Shown: piece by piece, positions 27,819 through 36,878 of the stretch
How the letters are laid out: the number at the start of each line of letters is the position of its first letter
How positions within the stretch are numbered: position 1 is the first letter of the stretch
NCBI GenBank assembly: GCA_944381825.1
Contig: CALWMK010000004.1
Span: 1-62,399, forward strand
Direction: 5' to 3'
Length of the DNA: 62,399 nucleotides
DNA from: an uncultured Clostridia bacterium
GTDB lineage: Bacteria; Bacillota; Clostridia; Christensenellales; UBA1242
The notes under the pieces: model-generated
Databases searched by the model: none
What the model saw: the letters and a program-made list of their open reading frames with translations, nothing else
Told to the model about the DNA's origin: nothing
Translations under genes and position numbers: made by a program

Positions 27819-29186
27819 TCAGTCATTTAATTGATTTTTTAAATATGTTATCAATTCATCTAATTTAATTGTTTCTTGTTTCATGCTGTCGCGTTCTCTT
27901 ACCGTAACGGTTCCATTTTGCAAGGTGTCTTCATCTATTGTAACCGCAAAAGGAGTTCCAATGCTGTCTTGACGGCGATATCTTTTCCCAATACTTCCAG
28001 TTTCGTCATAAAAAGTTCTAAAATGTTTTGAAATTTGAGAAAAAATTTCATGAGCCTTTTCAGCATGATTTTTCTTTATAAGAGGCAAGACTGCAACCTT
28101 GAAAGGAGCAATATTTTTTGCAAAATGCATAATTTCTCTCTCAGTGCCATCTTCTAATTTTTCAACATCATAAGCTTCAACTAAAAGCGCCAAGGCAATT
28201 CTGTCTGCTCCAAAAGAAGCTTCAATCACATATGGAATAAACTTTTCGTTTGTAATTGGATCAAGATATTGTTGACTTTTACCAGAAAATTGTTCATGAC
28301 GTGTAAGGTCATAATTTGTTCTGTTGTGAATTCCGTTTATTTCATCAAAACCAAATGGAAATCGATAATAAACATCACAAGCAGCTTTGGCATAAAAGGC
28401 AAGCTTTTCATGGTCATGAAACATCAAATTTTCTTTTTTGATTCCAATTTGTTCATAAAATTCCATCGCTTTTTGTTTGTATTGTTCATAAAATTTTATG
28501 TCCTCACCTTCGTGACAAAACCACTGATGTTCCATTTGTTCAAATTCAATTGTTCTAAAAGTAAAATTGCCAGGAGTAATTTCATTTCTAAATGCTTTTC
28601 CTATTTGTGCAATTCCAAACGGAACTTTTAGTCTTAAACTGCGTTGAACATTTAAAAAGTTAACATATTCACCTTGGGCGGTTTCAGGACGAAGATAAAT
28701 TTTATTTTGCGCATCTTTTATTACCCCTCTATATGTTTCAAACATTAAATTGAATTGTCTAATAGAAGTCCAATTATGCTTTTTACAATTTGGGCATGGA
28801 ATTTTATTTTTTGAAATAAATTCTTCCATGTCTTTACTTGAAAGCGAATCTCCAGAAACTTCACCTTTTGTGAAATCTTTTATAAGGTTATCCGCCCTAA
28901 ATCTAGCCTTACATTCTTTACAATCCATAAGTGGGTCGGAAAAAGAGGAAACATGTCCACTCGCTTCCCAAACCGTTGGATTCATCAAAATGGCTGCATC
29001 AACTCCATGCGAGTTTTCACTTTGTTGAACGAATTTTTTCCACCATTCTTTTTTAAGATTATTTTTAAGTTCAACTCCAAGTGGACCATAGTCCCATGTG
29101 TTTGCCATTCCTCCATAAATTTCGCTTCCAGGAAAAATAAAGCCTTTTTCCTTGCAAAATCCAATAAGTTTTTCCATTGTTATCAT
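27819..29186 (-). CDS. glyQS: Glycine--tRNA ligase (alpha2 type)
   Basis: GFIFPGSEIYGG, class II motifs and FRNEITPGNFTFRTIEFEQME. Start set to the ATG after ggagagaaaa. Confidence 0.9.
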   Translation of the reverse strand: MITMEKLIGFCKEKGFIFPGSEIYGGMANTWDYGPLGVELKNNLKKEWWKKFVQQSENSHGVDAAILMNPTVWEASGHVSSFSDPLMDCKECKARFRADNLIKDFTKGEVSGDSLSSKDMEEFISKNKIPCPNCKKHNWTSIRQFNLMFETYRGVIKDAQNKIYLRPETAQGEYVNFLNVQRSLRLKVPFGIAQIGKAFRNEITPGNFTFRTIEFEQMEHQWFCHEGEDIKFYEQYKQKAMEFYEQIGIKKENLMFHDHEKLAFYAKAACDVYYRFPFGFDEINGIHNRTNYDLTRHEQFSGKSQQYLDPITNEKFIPYVIEASFGADRIALALLVEAYDVEKLEDGTEREIMHFAKNIAPFKVAVLPLIKKNHAEKAHEIFSQISKHFRTFYDETGSIGKRYRRQDSIGTPFAVTIDEDTLQNGTVTVRERDSMKQETIKLDELITYLKNQLND

Positions 29187-29228
29187 TTTTCTCTCCAATT
29201 TTAAAATTTGCCAATAATTCTACTACAT

Positions 29229-29747
29229 CTATTTATTTGCGTCAATCTCTTTGTCAAGGTTAAGTTCTTTATTTAGCAATTTTTTTACTTCTTCTTTATT
29301 AATTTCCCCTTTTAATTGATAAGACAAACAAGGAAGATTAATATTTTTTAAAATTTCTGTTAAAAGTGGCTCTTGTTCAAGCAGTGCTTCGTCAGCAAAA
29401 GAGTTGTCAAAAATATCAACAATTAAAACTGGACTCATAGTTGCCTCTTCAAACACAACAAAATCCACACAAATTGTAGACAATTTGTTATACAAAAGTT
29501 TTGAACCTCTTGGTTCAAGAAGACTTGAAAGCGAAACTTTTGGCAAAGTCAAATAACTAGAGGGTAATACTTGATTTAAAATTCTCAGCATTTTAACTTC
29601 TTGTCTATACATATATTTTTCCTTGACCCCCACTGAAGAGGTGTCAGCTTCTTTAAGCATTATGTCAGGCTCTTGTTTTTTTATTTTTAAAAGCGCTATC
29701 GTTAAAAAAACAATTAGCACACTTTCTATAATAATTACTATTAACAT
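29229..29747 (-). CDS. DUF2726-like (restriction-endonuclease-fold) protein with N-terminal transmembrane anchor
   Basis: N-terminal transmembrane segment; E..ML..L...LP..Y.....V.L..LL...VDFVVF...P.L.VDI pattern. Confidence 0.55.
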   Translation of the reverse strand: MLIVIIIESVLIVFLTIALLKIKKQEPDIMLKEADTSSVGVKEKYMYRQEVKMLRILNQVLPSSYLTLPKVSLSSLLEPRGSKLLYNKLSTICVDFVVFEEATMSPVLIVDIFDNSFADEALLEQEPLLTEILKNINLPCLSYQLKGEINKEEVKKLLNKELNLDKEIDANK

Positions 29748-29750
29748 ATA

Positions 29751-30416
29751 TCATCTCCAATCGATTGGTGTTTTGTTTTCTTCAAGTAAAATTTGATTAA
29801 TTTTTAAAAAATGTCCATTGCCAAAAAAACCGTTGAATGCCGAAAGTGGACTGGGATGTGCGCTTTTTAATATTACATGTTTTGAATTGATTAAAGGTTC
29901 ATAAATTCTTGCTTGAGCACCCCATAAAACAAAAATAAGTTTATCTTCACGTTCGGAAAGTTTTCTAACAATTTCTTGAGTGAAGTTCTCCCATCCTTTA
30001 TTTTTATGTGAATTTGGTTTTGCTTGTTCCACAGTCAAAACAGTGTTTAGTAAAAGCACCCCTTGTTTTGCCCAGCGTACCAAGTTTCCGCTTTCATAAC
30101 ATTTTATTTTTAATTCATCTTCAATTTCTTTAAAAATATTTTTAAGAGATGGTGGAAGAGGCACACCTTCTTGCACTGAAAATGCCAAACCATGAGCTTG
30201 ATGTGCTCCATGATATGGGTCTTGACCAAAAATTATCACCTTAACATCTTCAAACTTGGTGTAATTTAAGGCATTAAAAATTTCATCGATTTTGGGAAAT
30301 ATTGTTTTGTGATTATATTCTTCACTTAAAAAATTTAATAAATTTTTAAAATATGGTTTTCCAAATTCTTCATTTAAAATTTGCATCCAATTTTTTGTAA
30401 TTTTTATCATAAGCAA
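29751..30416 (-). CDS. ung: Uracil-DNA glycosylase
   Basis: GQDPYH and HPSPLSA motifs. Confidence 0.9.
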   Translation of the reverse strand: MLMIKITKNWMQILNEEFGKPYFKNLLNFLSEEYNHKTIFPKIDEIFNALNYTKFEDVKVIIFGQDPYHGAHQAHGLAFSVQEGVPLPPSLKNIFKEIEDELKIKCYESGNLVRWAKQGVLLLNTVLTVEQAKPNSHKNKGWENFTQEIVRKLSEREDKLIFVLWGAQARIYEPLINSKHVILKSAHPSPLSAFNGFFGNGHFLKINQILLEENKTPIDWR

Positions 30417-30487
30417 ATTATATCACCAACAAGAAAATTTTGTCAAAAGATATTGTATTTTAAAGTATTACATGTTAGACTTTTAAT

Positions 30488-31276
30488 ATGAATCAAATAA
30501 GCTTAAATGCCATTCTTTTTAAAAAGGCAACCTACAAACTTAATGCAAGTGAAAGGGCTTACTTACAAAAACGCCTTTATTCCAATTATGAAAAAAATAA
30601 AGAAAGACTTATTTTTGATATTTCTAAAAAATTAGGTTTTGATATAAATAAGGAATTTGGCAATCCAATTAAACAAAATGAAATTGTTGGCATGTATGAA
30701 ACCTCTATAAATCAAAAACATTTTTTAGTTTTAAAACAAAATATTTTTAATGGAATAATGGCTTGTGAAAAGCGCAAATTTTTTTCAAATACAATTTTTG
30801 AAACCAAAAACAACAAACACTACAAACATGAAATTGAATATTTTTTTGGAAACTATAAGGAAAAAAAAGTGATTTTAAGTGTTAGCACAATAACCAAATA
30901 TGTCAAAATTAAAAATGAAACAAAGGAATTTAATAGCATAAGTGTGCATATTCTTTTTAAAGGAAAAATTCCACTTCTTGCCTATAGGCTTGATATCAAT
31001 CCAAAATGTCCGCATATTAATAGATTCAAACATGGAAAGATTGCAAAATCAAAAATAAACATTATGGGACCTCATGAGCATTTTTATAGCGAAAAGTTTG
31101 CAGTGGTCTTTCCAAGTTTTGAACTTGTTGGACATTATGATGTTGAAAGTGCACCAAAGCTTAAAAATCTACAAGAATATCATAATTATGTCATTAAACG
31201 ATTTAATTTTCAAATTCCAAAAAAACATATTTGCAAAACTAATAATAAAAGTTTGATTAATAATTTGCTAAATTAA
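30488..31276 (+). CDS. Hypothetical protein, no recognisable domain
   Basis: 262-aa ORF in a very AT-rich stretch; codirectional with the next ORF. Confidence 0.5.
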   Translation: MNQISLNAILFKKATYKLNASERAYLQKRLYSNYEKNKERLIFDISKKLGFDINKEFGNPIKQNEIVGMYETSINQKHFLVLKQNIFNGIMACEKRKFFSNTIFETKNNKHYKHEIEYFFGNYKEKKVILSVSTITKYVKIKNETKEFNSISVHILFKGKIPLLAYRLDINPKCPHINRFKHGKIAKSKINIMGPHEHFYSEKFAVVFPSFELVGHYDVESAPKLKNLQEYHNYVIKRFNFQIPKKHICKTNNKSLINNLLN

Positions 31277-31313
31277 TATAAAAATGTTAAAATTTTTTTA
31301 AAGAGGAGAAATT

Positions 31314-31691
31314 ATGAAAATTGAAAACCTAATAGAAAAATCTAAAAATGCATTTGTATTTCAAAAAACCGACAAAGGTTATACGATTAAAACCGATGCC
31401 ACTTTTTTAAATGGAAAAGAAATTGACATAAGATTAGAAGAGCGCGCAGGAAAATTTTTTTTGACAGACAACAAATCTACACTTAAATACATGAATGACT
31501 TATATGAACTTTCTTCAAGTGATGTTAAAATGTGCATTTCTAATGTTTTAAAAATTTACGGATTTTCAATTAGTGGTGGAACTCTTCTTGCAGAAATTCC
31601 TAATGAAAACACTTTTATGGATAAACTCTTTGATTTCATCATGTGCATTGGTCAACTTTCGAATATGTTTGCTTTTTTTGACAAGCCATAA
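31314..31691 (+). CDS. Hypothetical protein, DUF1828-like by recollection
   Basis: RBS agaggagaaatt-ATG; the family assignment is from memory only. Confidence 0.5.
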   Translation: MKIENLIEKSKNAFVFQKTDKGYTIKTDATFLNGKEIDIRLEERAGKFFLTDNKSTLKYMNDLYELSSSDVKMCISNVLKIYGFSISGGTLLAEIPNENTFMDKLFDFIMCIGQLSNMFAFFDKP

Positions 31692-31991
31692 ATTTAAAAT
31701 AAAACAATGTCCCATGTAAAATTTTGCCTAAATAGCAATTTTTGTTTGGGATTTTTTTATTTGATATTCATTTTATAATTAATTTCTTTTTCAAAGAACT
31801 AAAATTTTTGTAATGCAAATAAATTTTTTAAAGTAAGTTTAATACAATTTATTAAAATTATTTAGTTCTATTGCATTATTTACACTTTGTTGATATAATT
31901 ATTTTTGAACTGTGTTTATAGTTGACTTTTAAATTTATATATTTTTAAACCAAAAATGTATAGTTATGTGTAAAGAATGTAAATAATTATA

Positions 31992-32792
31992 ATGAGGTGC
32001 ATTATTAAAAAAAGTATTTTAGGAATTGTCTTATTGTTTGTGCTTGGCATACAGTTTATTGCAGGAGGATGCAAGTTTTTTTTTGATTCTGGAAAAGAGT
32101 TGACTTATTTTGGTAGTGTCACCTTTCAAGGCGAAGGGCTTGAAGGTGTTAAAATTGTGGACAGTGTAAATCATTATGCAACCACTGACGAAAATGGAGA
32201 TTTTAGCTTCACCTCAAAGAAAACATCGATTAAAATTTTTGCTGTTAAGCAAGGATATAAATTTACACCTAAAACAGTTGAAGCAGACTCCTCCCAACCA
32301 ATAGAATTTATTGCTAAAGAGTCAACTGCTCTTACTGGAAAGCTTAGACTTGAAGAAATATTATTTACACCAACAAGCATTATATCTTTACCAACTAATA
32401 ATTTTTCTTACATTGTTTCGGGGAAAAACTGCGTTAAGGTTTGTGGAATAACGGTATTTTATAATGATACACAAATTATTGAAAGAGATAGCACTGTATT
32501 TGCAGAAAAACAGGTTCCAACAAATATACTAAACTACAACGATAATTTTTCTTTTAATATTGAAAATGGCATTGCCAATTTTAAAATTAAATATTCGCTT
32601 AGAGTGTATTACACTTACGATAAAAATGAGGCAATTGTAAATGAAACAACAAGAGTTATTTCTAACACCTTAACACTATATGATTCCAATTTAGATGAAA
32701 ATGGTTGCGTTTACTTTTCTGCAACTGGCATCAACTCTCTTTCGTCTGGTTATAGTTATAACATTTCGTTCGTATTTAAATTTGTCGCCTAG
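31992..32792 (+). CDS. Putative lipoprotein with a CarboxypepD_reg-like beta-sandwich
   Basis: Signal peptide plus lipobox IAGGC; VTFQGEGLEGVKIV...TDENGDFSF. Confidence 0.6.
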   Translation: MRCIIKKSILGIVLLFVLGIQFIAGGCKFFFDSGKELTYFGSVTFQGEGLEGVKIVDSVNHYATTDENGDFSFTSKKTSIKIFAVKQGYKFTPKTVEADSSQPIEFIAKESTALTGKLRLEEILFTPTSIISLPTNNFSYIVSGKNCVKVCGITVFYNDTQIIERDSTVFAEKQVPTNILNYNDNFSFNIENGIANFKIKYSLRVYYTYDKNEAIVNETTRVISNTLTLYDSNLDENGCVYFSATGINSLSSGYSYNISFVFKFVA

Positions 32793-32800
32793 GAGGAACA

Positions 32801-33700
32801 ATGAACACAAAAGCAAAATCCATTTTAAAATACATAATTATTTTTGTTGTGGTTGTGGCAGTTATTCTGCTTGCTGTTTTTTTAATTTTTGCTAAACCAA
32901 AACCAACAGAAGCCTATTCTCATGCAGTTTCATTAAAAAATAATGATAATTTTAATAGTCTAATTAATGCAAATGAAAGTTTAATTGAATTTTGTTCTTC
33001 TTTGCAAAATGAAGATGAATTTAATTTTGAAAATTACTACAAATTAAAAGCCACAAACAACATAATAAAATCACTCAAACAAGCAAATGATTTTAATGTC
33101 AAAAAACTTGCTTACGCATCAAACTCTAAACTTTACAATTCAAATTGCAAATCAATGAAAAAATTATTAAGCACAATGGAAGAACAGCTGCAATCTTCTT
33201 ACAATTATATTTCCACCCAACTAAATAATTTTTTGTTAGTGTCAAATGCAACTGCCAAAACTACAAACACTTATGTTTTTGCACTTTACAATTTGAATAA
33301 TAAATTTATTCCTCAGTTTTTGGAATTTGTAGAAAAATCCAATCAAATTGTTTTTAGTTTAGAAAATGATGTCACTTTAAATCCGTTATCCATTAAAATG
33401 CTTTCCATTATAAATTGTTGGAGCAATCTACAACAAAATGAAAGCGAACAAAGTTCGGAAGAATTATATAACAACAGCACATTTTTATTAAATTTTTCAA
33501 ATAAGCTTGATAGTCAAAGTAAATTATACTATAAAAATTTAAATTTCTATTTAAACCTTTTGTCGGATATTGAAACCATAGATTTAAATTCTTCCCTACT
33601 AAAAATTGGCACAGCTGCTGAATCTAGTTTGACCAATCAACAAGATGAAAAGTTATTGGCAAAAATTACTAACGCAATCACTTTTTTAAAGGAGTCATGA
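32801..33700 (+). CDS. Membrane-anchored hypothetical protein (predicted helical)
   Basis: N-terminal transmembrane segment; RBS aggagg upstream; 1-nt gap to the next gene. Confidence 0.55.
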   Translation: MNTKAKSILKYIIIFVVVVAVILLAVFLIFAKPKPTEAYSHAVSLKNNDNFNSLINANESLIEFCSSLQNEDEFNFENYYKLKATNNIIKSLKQANDFNVKKLAYASNSKLYNSNCKSMKKLLSTMEEQLQSSYNYISTQLNNFLLVSNATAKTTNTYVFALYNLNNKFIPQFLEFVEKSNQIVFSLENDVTLNPLSIKMLSIINCWSNLQQNESEQSSEELYNNSTFLLNFSNKLDSQSKLYYKNLNFYLNLLSDIETIDLNSSLLKIGTAAESSLTNQQDEKLLAKITNAITFLKES

Positions 33701-33701
33701 A

Positions 33702-34670
33702 ATGAAAAAAGTTTTTTCTATTATGCTTATGTTGTCAATTTGCATCAGCTCAATTTTGATTTCAGGTTGCAATGAAACAAGCGATTTTTGGACACCAACG
33801 TATCAAAAAATTGAAGAATTTAAAAATAATGAAAAGTATTCTTTTTTGACATCAAGCCAGACATTAACATACTCCTCATTTATTGAAAATTCACAGCTTA
33901 GTAGCACCCTTAAGGAAGTTTATGAGCCTCTTAGTAAAAATCTTATGTTTGAGTTCAATGCTCTATGCGATGTTTTTTCTCTTAAACCAATTTTACTAAA
34001 TGACAAAAACTACAAAAAAATTGAACAAAGTTTTGAACAATTGCAAAAAGAACTTGAAGCAATAAAACAAAATGCTGATGAATTTTTAAGTTCAAAACAA
34101 GTTTTTGAACAAACGGTTTACGAAAATGCTGAATCAAGTTTTGCAAAACAAAAACTTAGAGAATTTAAAAAATCTTTTTCCAAGTTTTTATATTCCCTAG
34201 AAAATTTCAACAAAACATTTAATAATGCTTATCAAATCGGCTATCAAACACTTCCTCAAACAAAGGAAGCTTTTGAAAAAAACAAAGCAGTTGTGAGTTT
34301 GGCAACTAGCTATGCAATTAATTCAATCACCAATAGTTTTGTTGATTTAACAATGCGAGCATTTGACGGCGAATTTAATGGGTCAAACACCACCCTCTTA
34401 GATTTGGTAAATGATTTAAAAAGCCTCAACTTAACAACAGAAACAAGTTATGAAAAATATTCTAATTGGAAAAACTTTAAAACTGCTTTTGATATTGAAC
34501 AAAAAAGATTTTTAATTGCACTTGAAAACATAAATTTAGATGAATATCATAAAAATAAAGAACTTTATAAAGACAAAAATCCAAATTTAATTGCATACAC
34601 AAACACCATTGAAAATTTTGTAGAAATTTCATGTGAAACCTTTGCTGATTATACAAAGGCTTTAATTTAA
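33702..34670 (+). CDS. Putative lipoprotein, helical, function unknown
   Basis: Signal peptide plus lipobox LISGC; RBS aaggag. Confidence 0.6.
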   Translation: MKKVFSIMLMLSICISSILISGCNETSDFWTPTYQKIEEFKNNEKYSFLTSSQTLTYSSFIENSQLSSTLKEVYEPLSKNLMFEFNALCDVFSLKPILLNDKNYKKIEQSFEQLQKELEAIKQNADEFLSSKQVFEQTVYENAESSFAKQKLREFKKSFSKFLYSLENFNKTFNNAYQIGYQTLPQTKEAFEKNKAVVSLATSYAINSITNSFVDLTMRAFDGEFNGSNTTLLDLVNDLKSLNLTTETSYEKYSNWKNFKTAFDIEQKRFLIALENINLDEYHKNKELYKDKNPNLIAYTNTIENFVEISCETFADYTKALI

Positions 34671-34683
34671 ACTGGAGAAGAAA

Positions 34684-36339
34684 ATGGATTACGAAAAATT
34701 AGCAGATTTATTATATCCTAACACAAAATCACCTGAATATTATGAAAAAATGTATCCGAAAAGAAATTTAAATGGAGGTCTTGTGACTAGATTTGCACCA
34801 AGTCCAACAGGCTATTTACATATCGGAAACTTTTTTTCTGCTTTCATTGACAGACTGATTGCTTCTAATTCTAAAGGCGTGTTTTATTTTAGATTGGAAG
34901 ACACAGACAAAAAAAGAGAAATTGAAGGTACTGCCGATGTTGCTCTTGGCATTTTAAAAGAATATGGTATAGATATTGATGAAGGACTGACTTTAAAAGG
35001 ACAAAAGGGTGAATATGGTCCATATATTCAAAGCCAACGATTGGAAATATATAGAACTTATGCAAAAGAACTTGTTAAACGAGGTCTAGCATTTCCTTGC
35101 TTTTGTGAACAAACCAACTCGCTAGAGCAAATCAAAGAAAACCGAAAGCAAATGCTTCAAGAAAACGAGGAACTTGAACATAAAGATGTTTGCAGAAACT
35201 TAAGCTTAGATGAAATTGAAAAGAACTTAGAGCAAGGCAAGTCATTTGCTTTAAGGCTTAAATCAAAAGGAAAAAAAGATGACAAAATTATAACGCACGA
35301 CCTAATTGGTGGAGAAAGAGAAATGCCCGCCAACTGTAAGGATGTTGTTTTAATTAAAAACAACAAAATTCCTCCATATTGTTTTGCACATGCTGTAGAC
35401 GACCATTTAATGAGAACAAGTGTTGTGGTAAGAGGAAACGAATGGCTTGCATCTCTTCCAGCTCATTTAGAAATTTTTGATGCATTGGGCTTTGAAAGAG
35501 TAAACTATATCCATACCCCCCTTATTTGCAAAATTGACGAAGAAACAGGAAACAAACGCAAGATGAGCAAAAGAAAAGATCCTGAAGCCGATATGAGATA
35601 CTTTAAAGCAAATGGGTTTCCAAAAGAAGCTGTTTTAGAATATCTTTTAACCTTGGCTAATAGCAATTATGAAATTTGGCGTTTAAATAATCCTAACGAA
35701 AGTTATAAAAATTTTAACTTTAAAATTGAAAAGATTGGCAATTCAAATCCACTATTTGACATGGCAAAACTTTGTGATATTTCTAAAAATATTATAGCAA
35801 ACTTTACTGCGGAACAAGTTTATGACAAAGTTTGTGATTATTCAAAAGAATTTGATGTTGAATTTTACGAAATTTTAAAATCGGACAAAAACTATGCTAT
35901 AAGTGTATTTTCTATCGATAGAAATGGGGAAAAAAAGAGAAAAGACTTTGCTAAATATAGTGATTTTAAAGAATATTTTAAATTCATGTTTTATGAAAAT
36001 TCTAAAAATATTCAAGACTATGAACTTGACAATATTAATCTTAAAAATTTGCGCGAAGTGCTTGAAGTATATTTAAACATTTTTGATTTTAATGATGACA
36101 AACAGATTTGGTTTGATAAAATAAAAAATATGGCATTAAATCTTGGATATTGTATCGATAATAAAGAGTATAAAAAAAATCCAACAGCCTATAAGGGCAA
36201 TGTAGCTGATGTTTGCACAATGATTAGAATTGCAATCACTCAAAGAAAAACATCGCCTGACCTTTGGACGATTTGTAATATTTTAAAAAATAAAACAACA
36301 AACAAAATTAATAATTTTTTAAATATATTGAAAAACTAA
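34684..36339 (+). CDS. gltX: Glutamate--tRNA ligase family protein
   Basis: RFAPSPTGYLHIGN, RLEDTD and KMSKRK motifs. Confidence 0.8.
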   Translation: MDYEKLADLLYPNTKSPEYYEKMYPKRNLNGGLVTRFAPSPTGYLHIGNFFSAFIDRLIASNSKGVFYFRLEDTDKKREIEGTADVALGILKEYGIDIDEGLTLKGQKGEYGPYIQSQRLEIYRTYAKELVKRGLAFPCFCEQTNSLEQIKENRKQMLQENEELEHKDVCRNLSLDEIEKNLEQGKSFALRLKSKGKKDDKIITHDLIGGEREMPANCKDVVLIKNNKIPPYCFAHAVDDHLMRTSVVVRGNEWLASLPAHLEIFDALGFERVNYIHTPLICKIDEETGNKRKMSKRKDPEADMRYFKANGFPKEAVLEYLLTLANSNYEIWRLNNPNESYKNFNFKIEKIGNSNPLFDMAKLCDISKNIIANFTAEQVYDKVCDYSKEFDVEFYEILKSDKNYAISVFSIDRNGEKKRKDFAKYSDFKEYFKFMFYENSKNIQDYELDNINLKNLREVLEVYLNIFDFNDDKQIWFDKIKNMALNLGYCIDNKEYKKNPTAYKGNVADVCTMIRIAITQRKTSPDLWTICNILKNKTTNKINNFLNILKN

Positions 36340-36391
36340 TATATTGACTACAAAATAAAAGTTTGTTAAAATTATAAAAAGGAAAACTAAA

Positions 36392-36829
36392 ATGCGCGAA
36401 GAAATTGATGGAATAATTTTTATAAATGGAATAATGTGCGATGGCTCTGGCAAACCAATTACCGTAAAAAATGGATATTCATCAGAAGATGAAGAGGCTG
36501 CCATTGATGCCTATAAAAATGCAAAACAAAACTCATATGCGCAAAAGAGATTTGACCAAATGCCAAAAAGTAGCAATAAACAAAAAAAAGTTACAAAAAA
36601 AGAGTGTGCTTGGAATTATTTGCTTAAGCGAAAATTTATAAAAAAAATGACTTTAAAAGATGAAGAATTATACGAAGTTATTATCGATGGTGACATAATA
36701 ATTCCAAAATATAGAAACAACACTCTTTGCAACGAAGAGGGAAAAGAAATTTCTATTGAAAATGGCTATACTGAAGAAGATGTGCAAATTGCCCAAAAAG
36801 CTTTTGAAGAGTATTCAAAGAATTTATAA
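36392..36829 (+). CDS. Hypothetical protein with an internal duplication
   Basis: GKPITVKNGYSSEDEEAAIDAYKNA and GKEISIENGYTEEDVQIAQKAFEEY repeats; RBS aaaggaaaa. Confidence 0.5.
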   Translation: MREEIDGIIFINGIMCDGSGKPITVKNGYSSEDEEAAIDAYKNAKQNSYAQKRFDQMPKSSNKQKKVTKKECAWNYLLKRKFIKKMTLKDEELYEVIIDGDIIIPKYRNNTLCNEEGKEISIENGYTEEDVQIAQKAFEEYSKNL

Positions 36830-36847
36830 AAATTGCTAAATAAAATT

Positions 36848-36878
36848 AAAAAACTTGGAAAAAATCCAAGTTTTTTTT
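36848..36878. terminator. Bidirectional terminator between convergent genes
   Basis: aaaaaacttgga-aaaaa-tccaagtttttttt. Confidence 0.6.
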
